Assembly (NCBI GenBank): GCA_038060895.1
Contig: JBBTCT010000009.1
Coordinates: 176,082-240,081 of the forward strand
DNA length: 64,000 nucleotides
DNA from: Planctomycetota bacterium
GTDB lineage: Bacteria; Planctomycetota; MHYJ01; WSZJ01
Reading direction: 5' to 3'
Shown here: positions 42,331-50,613 of the stretch, in pieces
Position numbering within the stretch: the first letter of the stretch is position 1
Layout of the letters: the number at the start of each line of letters is the position of its first letter
Program-made: the position numbers and the translations under genes
Notes under the pieces: model-generated
Seen by the model: the letters and a program-made list of their open reading frames with translations, nothing else
Told to the model about the DNA's origin: nothing
Database searches by the model: none

Positions 42331-43728
42331 CTACGTGTCGGGAATCAGCTTTCCGGGGTTGAGAATTCCCCTCGGATCAAACGCCGCCTTCACCCTCCGC
42401 ATCAGGTCAATCTCTTCCTTCGTCATCGCGATCGGCAGCCACTCGCGTTGGACGTACCCGATCCCGTGCTCACCGCTGATGGTCCCTCCGAGCTTGACGA
42501 CCTCCGTGAAGATCTCGCGAATGGCGGGCGGGAGCTTTTCTTCCCAATCCTTGTCGCTCATCGTCATCTTGAGGATGTTGACGTGGATGTTGCCGTCGCC
42601 GGCGTGCCCATAGCAGATGGTGGTGAGGCCGTGGCGTTTCTTGATGCCGTCGAGGGCGCGCATGAGTTTGGGGAGGTTGGCGCGAGGGACGACGGTGTCC
42701 TCTTCCTTGTAGATCGACAGCCCCTTCACCGCTTCGCCGATCGCCCGGCGCATGTCCCACATCTCCTTCTGCTGAGTCGGCGAGTCCGCGACGATGACGT
42801 CGAGCGCGTTGTTTTCGAGGCAGACTTCGCCGGTGCGCTCGCCGTCGCGCTGGACGACGTCCTTGTCGTAGCCGTCGACTTCGATCAGCAGGGTGGCTGC
42901 GGCTTCCATGCCGGGGAAGTGCTTTCCGCGCTTTTTCGCGGCGGCCTGGATGGCGGCGGATTCCATGAACTCGGTGGCGCAGGGGATGATGCGGGCTTCG
43001 AAGATCTTCGTGAGGGCGACGGCGGCGCCTTCGAGGGAGTCGAACGTCGCGACGAGAGTGCTGCGGAAGGGCGGGTATGGGATGAGTTTTACGATGATCT
43101 TCGTGACGATCGCCAGCGTGCCTTCGCTTCCTACCAGCAGCTGCGTGATGTTGTAGCCGGTCACGTTTTTGAGCAATTTGCCGCCGGTGTTGATGACCGT
43201 GCCGTCGGCGAGCACCGCTTCCAGCCCGAGAATCCAGTCTTTCGTCACGCCGTACTTCAGCGCGCGCGGGCCGCCGGCGCACTCGGCGACGTTGCCGCCC
43301 ATCATGCAGGAGCCGCGGGAAGCAGGATCCGGCGGGTAGAAGAGGCCTTCCTTTTCGACGGCTTCCTGGAGGACCTGGGTGATGACGCCGGGCTCGAGGA
43401 CGGCCATGAGGTTGGCGCGGTCGATTTCGATGATGCGGTTCATCTTCTCGAGGGAGAGGGCGATGCCGCCTTTGACCGGGAGCGCGCCGCCGCTCAGGCC
43501 GGTTCCGGCGCCGCGGGGGGTGACGGGGATCGCGTGCTGCGAGGCGATCTTCATGACGGCGCTGACCTGCGCGGTCGTCGTCGGCGTGACGGCGACGGCG
43601 GGCCAGAAGACGAGGTCCTCGGTTTCGTCGCTGGCGTACTTCTCGAGGGGCTCGCGGTCGACGATGAGATTTTCGCGGCCGACGGCGTCGCGAAGCTGGG
43701 CGACGACGGCGGCGGGGAGGGAGTGCAT
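42331..43728 (-). CDS. FAD-linked oxidase, GlcD/D-lactate dehydrogenase family
   Basis: PRGAGTGLSGG, YPPDPAS, GGPRALKYG, GSEGTL, GHAGDGNIH, SGEHGIG, FDPRGILNPGK. Confidence 0.93.
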   Translation of the reverse strand: MHSLPAAVVAQLRDAVGRENLIVDREPLEKYASDETEDLVFWPAVAVTPTTTAQVSAVMKIASQHAIPVTPRGAGTGLSGGALPVKGGIALSLEKMNRIIEIDRANLMAVLEPGVITQVLQEAVEKEGLFYPPDPASRGSCMMGGNVAECAGGPRALKYGVTKDWILGLEAVLADGTVINTGGKLLKNVTGYNITQLLVGSEGTLAIVTKIIVKLIPYPPFRSTLVATFDSLEGAAVALTKIFEARIIPCATEFMESAAIQAAAKKRGKHFPGMEAAATLLIEVDGYDKDVVQRDGERTGEVCLENNALDVIVADSPTQQKEMWDMRRAIGEAVKGLSIYKEEDTVVPRANLPKLMRALDGIKKRHGLTTICYGHAGDGNIHVNILKMTMSDKDWEEKLPPAIREIFTEVVKLGGTISGEHGIGYVQREWLPIAMTKEEIDLMRRVKAAFDPRGILNPGKLIPDT

Positions 43729-43833
43729 GGGCGAAGCGTACCAGACGGGAAATCCCCCGCGAACAGGAGGGCTCAACTCCGCTTCGCCCCGAAGCCGATA
43801 TACGGAATGCGGATCCCCCGCAGAGGAGACCCT

Positions 43834-44703
43834 ATGCCGACCGAAGCCGTCGCAGAAAAGAAGTCCTCCGCTTCCGAGAAACCGCAGTCCGTTCTCGCCC
43901 GGTACGGATTTTCAGCCTCCGTCGCGGTGCTCGGCGTTCTGATGCTGGTGCTCATTCACCGCTCGGTCTACGCGTACCTCACCAGCGGCGATGACTACAC
44001 GATCGATCTCGCGACGCTGCACGTCGCTGACCGCCCGGAATGGGCGGGGGACGGCCTGATCTCGGAAATCAAGTCGACCGCGCCGCTCTCCGGCAAGATG
44101 TCCATCTTCGACCCGGACCTCACGAAAAACGTGACCGAGCACTACCAGAAAAACCCCTGGGTCTCGCGGGTCCTGTCCGTGCAGAAGGAATTCCCGAATA
44201 CCCTTCGCGTGAAAGTCGAGATGCGCAAGCCGCTGGTCGCGGTCGAGCGGAAGGGCGAATTCATCCTGATCGACCGTGACGGCGTGCGGATTCCCGGCTC
44301 TTACGTGAACGTGCCGAAGTTCACCTTCACGGTCTGCCGGGTGCTGGGCGTCCGTTCGACGCCGCCGGAAGCCGGCAAGAAGTGGAGCGACGTCGGGGTC
44401 GATGCGGCCGTCGGCGTCGCTTCGGCCCTCTCCGAGAACCGTGTCGACCGCATGATGACCGTGCACTCGATCGACGTGTCGCGCGTCGGGCGCGGCGGGC
44501 GCGAGACCGAGGTCATCCTTCACGCCGAGGACAGCGTGCCGATCGAGTGGGGCCGGTCGCCGTCATCGCGCGAGTACGGCGAGCTGACCGTGGAGGAGAA
44601 GGTGCGAAATCTGAAAGGTGTGCTGATGAGCCAGCCGAGGCTGAAGGGCGTCGGGCGGGTGAAGGTGCAGTTCGACGACCCGGTGGTGATCATGCGGAGA
44701 TAG
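43834..44703 (+). CDS. FtsQ/DivIB-like protein (TM plus POTRA-like plus beta domain)
   Basis: GAGGAG RBS; single TM; NPWVSRVLSVQKEFPNTLRVKVEMRKPLVAV..LIDRDGV. Confidence 0.72.
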   Translation: MPTEAVAEKKSSASEKPQSVLARYGFSASVAVLGVLMLVLIHRSVYAYLTSGDDYTIDLATLHVADRPEWAGDGLISEIKSTAPLSGKMSIFDPDLTKNVTEHYQKNPWVSRVLSVQKEFPNTLRVKVEMRKPLVAVERKGEFILIDRDGVRIPGSYVNVPKFTFTVCRVLGVRSTPPEAGKKWSDVGVDAAVGVASALSENRVDRMMTVHSIDVSRVGRGGRETEVILHAEDSVPIEWGRSPSSREYGELTVEEKVRNLKGVLMSQPRLKGVGRVKVQFDDPVVIMRR

Positions 44704-44732
44704 AACCGCGCGGCTGGAAAAACGTTCAATAG

Positions 44733-44761
44733 ACGGGCCGGCGAGATGCCGGCCCGTTTTT
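44733..44761 (+). terminator. Rho-independent terminator
   Basis: ACGGGCCGGC-gagat-GCCGGCCCGT followed by TTTT. Confidence 0.8.
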
Positions 44762-44774
44762 CTTGAGGAGGCGC

Positions 44775-45353
44775 ATGAGCCGGCTGTTGCTCGCGTTCGC
44801 GCTGGTCCAGGGGCTCGCAGCTGCGGCCTTTCTGTGGGCGCCCCTGCCCCCGGAGGGTCGCGCCCCAGGGGACCTTCTGCCCTGGACGCTCGGCGCCGCG
44901 GCGTGCTTCATGCTCGTCGCCTGGCCGCTGCTGGAAGCGCGCGTGGAAGGCGTCGAGCAGCCGTACCGGGACGAAGCACTCGCGGTGGCCGGCCGCGGAG
45001 TGCTTCTGCTGCTCGCGGTCGTGCCGTTCGTGTCCGCCTCGCTCGCGCTGGCACCGCTCCCTGCGCGCGAATCGTTGCGCGCTCTTTTGCCGCTCCTGGG
45101 CGCCTGGGGCGCCGGCGGACTGCTCGCATGGTCCGTGCGCGCCGGCGGCGCCGAAGTCGGGCGCGCGGTGGCGGCGGCGGCGCTCGCGGGGCTCGCGCTC
45201 GGGCCGATCGCGCGGATGCTCTCGGGCGCGGCGGGTGCAGACCCCGGGCCCTCGATCACCGTGGCCGGCAAGCCCTGGCTGCTCCTTGCGGCCCCGCTGT
45301 TCGTGGCGGCGGCGGTCATGGCGCGGCGGCTGCGCGGAACGGAGGCGGCATGA
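44775..45353 (+). CDS. hypothetical multi-pass membrane protein
   Basis: GAGGAGG RBS; about 6 Ala/Leu-rich TM segments. Confidence 0.65.
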   Translation: MSRLLLAFALVQGLAAAAFLWAPLPPEGRAPGDLLPWTLGAAACFMLVAWPLLEARVEGVEQPYRDEALAVAGRGVLLLLAVVPFVSASLALAPLPARESLRALLPLLGAWGAGGLLAWSVRAGGAEVGRAVAAAALAGLALGPIARMLSGAAGADPGPSITVAGKPWLLLAAPLFVAAAVMARRLRGTEAA

Positions 45354-46780
45354 AGCGCGTCCTCGCCATCGTCCTGCTTGCCGCTCTTCCCGCCCCGGCG
45401 CTCACCCTCGAACTGGTCTCGTTCGGTTTCGACAAGATTGCCCGGCGAGGAAGGCCAGCTCCCGTCACCGTGCGGGTGTCAAGCGATGTGGCGTTCAAAG
45501 GGGATCTGTCTCTCGAGGGTGGACCGGTGACGCGCCTGTTCCCGCTCGACCTTCCGCCCCGCGGCTCCCTCGAATTGCGCACGACGTTCACTTTCTACGC
45601 AACGCCGGAAATCCAGTGGCGAGCCGGCCCGGAGTCGGGAACGCTGAAACTCGAACCTCAGGAACCGCTTCCCGGCGAAGCGCTGGTCGCCTCGGAGCGC
45701 GACGCGGTAGGGAGGCGCGCGGACAAGTACAAGATGGACTTCCCTCCCGGGACGCGGTTTTTCTTCGTCGAGTTCCCGAGGGACGCGACGCCTGAATTGT
45801 TCGCGGCCGTGGACGCGATCGTCCTCAAGGATCGCGGGGAGAGGGAAGCGCCGCTTCCCGGCCTCGCGGCGTTCCGGGCGCGGGGCGGAGCGATCCTGTG
45901 GGTCGGGGAAGCTGGGAAGGAGTGGGAAGGGCGGGTGGATCCGCGGGAAGACCTGTCGTGGGGCGAGGACCTGTACGCGGTGCTGGAGCGGCCGGCGTGG
46001 GCGGCGGGGCCGCGGCCGTACCTGGCGAGGCTGTTCGGGTTCGCGCTCGCGCCTGTGCTCCTGGCGGCGCTGGCGGGCGCGCTGGTTCCCGGGAGCGTCC
46101 GGCTCCGCGGCGCCGTCGCGGCCGTGCTTCTGGTCGCGGGTGCCGCGCTCGCGCCGCTGGCCGCACCGCGGACGCTCGCGATGCGCGAGTCCTGGGCCAT
46201 CGAGATCCTGCGGGGGCGGGAAGCCGACCGGCTGGAGATTTCCGCCGGAACGCTTCCGTCGAAAGGTTCGCCGTCGTTCGCATTCGCGGCGGGGCCTGTC
46301 CCCGAGCCCGTTTTCTTCTCGCGACGCGACGCGATGGAGCGGCGCGTGACGGTAAGGCACGAACCGGGCGGATACGAGATCTCAGCCGGCCAGGCAGCGG
46401 CCGGTGCGACGCTGGGCGTCATTCGCGAGACCCACCGGGCCGTTCCCGGCGTCATCCGTTCCGAAGGCTTCGACGCGATCAACGAGTCTACACGGGACCT
46501 GAAGGACAGTTTCATCATCGAAAAGGGGCGAGCCGGATGGATCGGCGATCTGCCGGCAGGAAGCTCGCGCGCGGCGCAGGGTTCACTACGGATGAGCGAA
46601 GTGCGCTCAAAGCTGGGCGCGACTCCGTGGCGGCGGATGGCGGAATTCTGGTGGCGCCGCGCGGACCACGACGGGCGCTACCTGGTCGGATTCGCGGAAG
46701 AAGAGCCGTCCCGCGAAGGGGAGGCGGCAGTCAGGCGAGGGCTCGGAGTGATGGTCGTGGTGCCGCTTAAGCGAAACTGA
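45350..46780 (+). CDS. exported membrane protein of unknown function
   Basis: ATGA coupling, signal peptide MKRVLAIVLLAALPAPA, 2 central TM segments. Confidence 0.7.
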   Translation: MKRVLAIVLLAALPAPALTLELVSFGFDKIARRGRPAPVTVRVSSDVAFKGDLSLEGGPVTRLFPLDLPPRGSLELRTTFTFYATPEIQWRAGPESGTLKLEPQEPLPGEALVASERDAVGRRADKYKMDFPPGTRFFFVEFPRDATPELFAAVDAIVLKDRGEREAPLPGLAAFRARGGAILWVGEAGKEWEGRVDPREDLSWGEDLYAVLERPAWAAGPRPYLARLFGFALAPVLLAALAGALVPGSVRLRGAVAAVLLVAGAALAPLAAPRTLAMRESWAIEILRGREADRLEISAGTLPSKGSPSFAFAAGPVPEPVFFSRRDAMERRVTVRHEPGGYEISAGQAAAGATLGVIRETHRAVPGVIRSEGFDAINESTRDLKDSFIIEKGRAGWIGDLPAGSSRAAQGSLRMSEVRSKLGATPWRRMAEFWWRRADHDGRYLVGFAEEEPSREGEAAVRRGLGVMVVVPLKRN

Positions 46781-46801
46781 CGATGCGAGAGGCCAGCGTG
46801 C

Positions 46802-48088
46802 CTATTTCTTCTTCTCCGTCGTCAGCGTCCGGATGTACTCGATCAGCGTCTTCATCTCGTCCTTCGAAAGTTGCGACGAATAGCTCGGCATCACGCCGCT
46901 GATGTTCATCGCCGGCCCGCCGTTCTCCAGCAGGTCGAAGAGATACTGGTCCGTCAGGTCGTTCATGCGTGCGCCGTCCGCAAGATTCGCCGCAACGAAC
47001 TCCTTCTTTGCGACTCCCGGCCCCTTGGAACGCGCCGTCGGGCCGTGGCACTCAGCGCACTTCATGCGGTCGTAGATTTCCCGCCCCGGGTGCGAGGCAT
47101 TCGGCATTTTTCCGGCCTTGATGTCCGCCCAGTCCTCGATGTCCTGCTCGATGCCGAGCACGAGACGCCAGTAAAGACGCTTCACGGAATCGCCCAGCAC
47201 TTTGGAAAGCTCGTCACGGCCGGCAATCACGGGAGGGTTCACGCCTGAAATCCCTGCGTCCGCGCCTTCGAAGGACTTCAGGAACGTGTCGACCGACGCC
47301 GTGTCCCGCTCCTTGCCCTTCAGAAGCACGACTTGCTCGAAGACCGCGGCCTTGTGGACTTTTTTTGCCTTGTCGATCGCCACGCCGATCGACACCTGTT
47401 TGCCCTCCGCCACGGGAATCCGCGTGAAGGCCACGTACCCTGCCAGGCCCGCCGTGTCGGGCGCCGGGACGGGTTCATCCACCTGCCGCGCGCGCCCCTT
47501 GACGTCCGACCAGACCGCGAAGACCGTCACCGTCGCGTCCCCGGGAGCCAGTTCGCTTCCCGACTTCGATTTCACCTGATCCGCCCGCGCCGGGGTCAGA
47601 ACCGATTCGTGCCGCGTCCAGTCGCCTGCCGCGACGAAATCCGGGATGTTCGGATGAAGCCTCCGCACCCACGCGAGGATGTCGTCCTGCTGGTGCGCAT
47701 TGAAGGTCGTGCTCCACGCCGGCATGATCCGCGACAGCTGCGACTTCGAATCCCGCCCGCCGTTTCCGAGAACGTCCAGCAGTTGCTCGTCCGACCGGCC
47801 GTTCATGTAAGAGCCGTCGGCAATGTTCCGCGGCCGGCGCCAGAGATAGGGGTCGCTCGGGCCGTCACCTTCTCCTCGCCACCCATGGCAGGCCGTGCAG
47901 TTCTGGTCGTACATCGTCCGCCCGTACATCGGGTCCACCGCGGACTCCGGGTCGCCCGGCTTGGGACGCAACTCCACCAGAATGTCGGAGCCCGGTTTCG
48001 GGCCGCCTTTCCTGAGCATCATCACGACCACGACGACGAGGATGATCAGCCCCGCCACCCCGATCGCCACCACCACCGGCTTCTTCAT
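46802..48088 (-). CDS. membrane-anchored diheme c-type cytochrome with central FMN-bind-like domain
   Basis: N-terminal TM; CTACHG..MPAW and CAECHG..MPSY class I cytochrome domains. Confidence 0.85.
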   Translation of the reverse strand: MKKPVVVAIGVAGLIILVVVVVMMLRKGGPKPGSDILVELRPKPGDPESAVDPMYGRTMYDQNCTACHGWRGEGDGPSDPYLWRRPRNIADGSYMNGRSDEQLLDVLGNGGRDSKSQLSRIMPAWSTTFNAHQQDDILAWVRRLHPNIPDFVAAGDWTRHESVLTPARADQVKSKSGSELAPGDATVTVFAVWSDVKGRARQVDEPVPAPDTAGLAGYVAFTRIPVAEGKQVSIGVAIDKAKKVHKAAVFEQVVLLKGKERDTASVDTFLKSFEGADAGISGVNPPVIAGRDELSKVLGDSVKRLYWRLVLGIEQDIEDWADIKAGKMPNASHPGREIYDRMKCAECHGPTARSKGPGVAKKEFVAANLADGARMNDLTDQYLFDLLENGGPAMNISGVMPSYSSQLSKDEMKTLIEYIRTLTTEKKK

Positions 48089-48122
48089 CTTCAGCCTCTC
48101 CCGGGTTTCCTTTTCCGCGACT

Positions 48123-49151
48123 CTACTTGCCGTTCCTCACCGGATACCGGCCCTTGTCGGAAAACGTGGCCCACCGGAACTTCATGTGGCATTCCGTGCA
48201 ATGAAGCGCCTCGACGGTCTTCCACGACTCCAGCGCCTTGGCGGCGTCCTTGCCGTTGACCACCGCCTCCATCTCGGCCAGGGCGCCGGCATACTCCTTG
48301 TCGATCGCCTTGAACTCGTCCAGCTCGTCCTCGAAGACGTGCGGCACCATGTGCTCGATCAGCCTCTGGTACGACTTCACCAGCGCGAAATTCTTCTTCG
48401 CCTCCTCGAGGTTCCCTTCCTCAAGCGCCATCCCCGCGCGCGTCCAGTACTTGCCCGTCTTCCTCATCGTCTCGTGCTGGATGATCATGTCCATGCGCTT
48501 GCCGTCGAACTCGTGGCCTGTGTCGTCGGCTTCGCCCGGAAGCACCGGAAGCTTGAATTCGACTTCGTCGTAGTTGCCGTCGTCGAACGTCACTTTCACC
48601 TTCAGGCGCAGCCGTCCGGGCGCGACGAAGCGGCAAGTGGAGCGGAAGATCCCCTTTTCCTTCAGCGCCTTGAACGTGAGCTTGGGATTCGACGTGGTAG
48701 AGCGGCCGCCGGCAAGTTCTGCAATGAGCTCGCACTCGGACTGCTCCACCTTCGTCGGCTTTCCCTTCGCCTCGGACGAGTTCGGCTGGATTTCCACGTG
48801 GAACTGCATTTCTTCGCCTGCGAAAAGTTTTGCGGGGCGCGAGAAGTATTTCGCGAGCCAGGTCTTGTCGCGCAGGTACTGCACCGCGCCGGCGTAGAAG
48901 CCGCGCTTTTCCTGGAAGAGCTTGAAGCACTGCTGGTTGCAGAAGTAATAGCGCTCGCCCTGGAAGTCCTCGAAAAAAGGCGCGGTGGACTTGTGGATGT
49001 TCATCTGGCAGACCGGGTCAACGGTCATGTCGTCCTGGGGGCCGCCCTTTGCGGGAGGAGGCATCGGCTCTTTAGGATCCTGCGCCGGCACGGACAGCGC
49101 GACGGCGACGAGGGTGGCGGACACGACGGAAAATGCGAAGAAGCGCTTCAT
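48123..49151 (-). CDS. secreted YHS/TRASH plus Ig-like plus class II cytochrome c fusion protein
   Basis: AGGAGG RBS, signal peptide, DPVCQM..YYFCNQQC, helical C-terminal domain ending in CTECH. Confidence 0.82.
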   Translation of the reverse strand: MKRFFAFSVVSATLVAVALSVPAQDPKEPMPPPAKGGPQDDMTVDPVCQMNIHKSTAPFFEDFQGERYYFCNQQCFKLFQEKRGFYAGAVQYLRDKTWLAKYFSRPAKLFAGEEMQFHVEIQPNSSEAKGKPTKVEQSECELIAELAGGRSTTSNPKLTFKALKEKGIFRSTCRFVAPGRLRLKVKVTFDDGNYDEVEFKLPVLPGEADDTGHEFDGKRMDMIIQHETMRKTGKYWTRAGMALEEGNLEEAKKNFALVKSYQRLIEHMVPHVFEDELDEFKAIDKEYAGALAEMEAVVNGKDAAKALESWKTVEALHCTECHMKFRWATFSDKGRYPVRNGK

Positions 49152-49230
49152 GGATCCTCCTGATGTACGGGAGAAAATACCAGACTGTGCCGGGTCCGTG
49201 GAGGGAAACTCGGCATGCCCGAAGGAGGTA

Positions 49231-49246
49231 CGCAACGGGAGTGCCG
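49231..49246 (-). promoter_or_regulatory. candidate sigma-54 promoter
   Basis: CGGCAC-TCCCG-TTGCG (GG-N10-GC), about 80 nt upstream of ATG 49151. Confidence 0.5.
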
Positions 49247-49354
49247 GGGGGATTGAAATCCGTAACTGCTGGTGGGCCGGGGGCTAACGAAAGTTTGAAT
49301 CTCGCGAACCGGCCGGCCGGGTGTTTCCCCGTAGCCCGGCGGTAACGCCGGCAC

Positions 49355-49393
49355 AAATAAAAACAGCCTCTCCGCACGGAGCGGAGGGGCTGT
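49355..49393 (-). terminator. Rho-independent terminator after the ferredoxin
   Basis: ACAGCCCCTCCGC-tccgt-GCGGAGAGGCTGT followed by TTTTATTT. Confidence 0.85.
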
Positions 49394-49413
49394 CTGCGGT
49401 TTTCTTCAGGCCC

Positions 49414-49650
49414 TTACTGGTCGCCGTCTTCGCCGATGGCGTCCACCGGGCACTCTTCCATCGCCTGCTTGCACTGCTCCTCTTCTTCCGGCGTCTCCGC
49501 CTGCTTGAAGACGTAGGAGTAGCCGCCCTCGTCGTTGCGCGTGAAGTTGGCGGGAGCGGTCTGGCGGCAGAGGTCGCAGTCAATGCACTGTGTGTCGGTG
49601 TAGAACTTGCCGCCGGCGTTGGTCGGGTACTTGTCGTTCTTGTCGGCCAT
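49414..49650 (-). CDS. single-cluster 4Fe-4S/3Fe-4S ferredoxin
   Basis: CIDCDLC...CPVDAIG; GAGGAG RBS. Confidence 0.95.
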   Translation of the reverse strand: MADKNDKYPTNAGGKFYTDTQCIDCDLCRQTAPANFTRNDEGGYSYVFKQAETPEEEEQCKQAMEECPVDAIGEDGDQ

Positions 49651-49768
49651 GGTGGTCTCCTCGATTTCGTTCCCCGCGGCGCGGGGGTATGGTGGAAAGA
49701 CTAACACGGTGCTGCGGGGCGTCAACATTCGTCTGAGTCCTCCAGCAGATAATCAAGCGGAGGCTATG

Positions 49769-49837
49769 CTAATGAATCCGCAGGGGCGCGGCGAGGCCCG
49801 GTTTGTTTTCGGTGTAGCGGTCGTTTTGATCGGCCAT
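49769..49837 (-). pseudogene. truncated ferredoxin paralog (22 codons)
   Basis: AGGAG RBS plus MADQNDRYTENKPG, which matches MADKNDKYPTNAGG of the neighbour; no Cys motif. Confidence 0.6.
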
Positions 49838-49869
49838 GGCCAGTTCTCCTGAGGTGGGAAAGCGAAGAA

Positions 49870-50133
49870 TCAAGCCGCGGGAGTACCTGCCGGCGTCCCG
49901 GCGGGCGGGTCTTCGCCGATGGCGTCCACGGGGCATTCCTGCATCGCATCGCGGCACTGGGCGAGCTCTTCCTCCGTCGCCGGCTGGCGGGCCACGATGG
50001 AGATTCCCAGCTCCTCGTGCCGGGCGAAATTGTCCGGCGCGGCGATGCGGCAGACGTCGCAGTCGATGCAGGCGTCGTCGACGAAAAAGGGGCCCGGTGC
50101 ATTGGGTTGCAGCCGTGCGGCGGGATCGGCCAT
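49870..50133 (-). CDS. ferredoxin paralog
   Basis: CIDCDVC...CPVDAIG; AGGAG RBS. Confidence 0.93.
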   Translation of the reverse strand: MADPAARLQPNAPGPFFVDDACIDCDVCRIAAPDNFARHEELGISIVARQPATEEELAQCRDAMQECPVDAIGEDPPAGTPAGTPAA

Positions 50134-50302
50134 GCGGAATCTCCTGAACGCCGACGCTATTAGTAAAGCATTGTATTTATGAAGTGAGGATGCGACATGG
50201 GGTCCTGTTAGTCAATATCCAGCTTGATTAAAGAACCGGATTCGGCCCGCGGTTTTCCTCGAAAGGAATTCTGGAGGTTCCACCTCTGATTTTCGCGCCA
50301 CA

Positions 50303-50331
50303 TTGACAGCGCCACTCCTTCCCCCTAGCAT
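50303..50331 (+). promoter_or_regulatory. sigma-70-type promoter
   Basis: TTGACA-N17-TAGCAT, 9 nt before ATG 50341. Confidence 0.7.
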
Positions 50332-50340
50332 CCCCTCAAC

Positions 50341-50613
50341 ATGATTTCAAAAGACCTCCTCGACATCCTCGCCTGCCCCCTCTGCAAGGGCGACCTCCGC
50401 CTCGAGGGCGCCAAACTCCACTGCGCCAACCCTTCCTGCGGCTGCCGTTACGCCGTCATCGATGACATTCCGGACATGTTGATCGAGGAAGCGGAGCGCC
50501 CCTGTCCCAAGTGCTCGGCGCAGCGGAAGTGGGAGCCGGAGAACGATTCGCTGACGTGCGAAAAATGCGGCGAGCGGTTCGCGTGGCAGCGCTCGGGGGC
50601 TAAGGCCAAGTAG
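50341..50613 (+). CDS. Trm112/YcaR-like protein with an extra zinc ribbon
   Basis: LLDILACPLCKGDL..YAVIDDIPDMLIEEA, then CPKC..CEKC. Confidence 0.85.
   Translation: MISKDLLDILACPLCKGDLRLEGAKLHCANPSCGCRYAVIDDIPDMLIEEAERPCPKCSAQRKWEPENDSLTCEKCGERFAWQRSGAKAK

Noticed and set aside
42448-44703. 751-aa plus-strand ORF
   Set aside because: The N-terminal part is antisense to the FAD oxidase; the RBS-supported start is 43834
50134-50340. AT-rich region upstream of yidC-mnmE as oriC
   Set aside because: No TTATCCACA DnaA boxes seen and no dnaA/dnaN in the window
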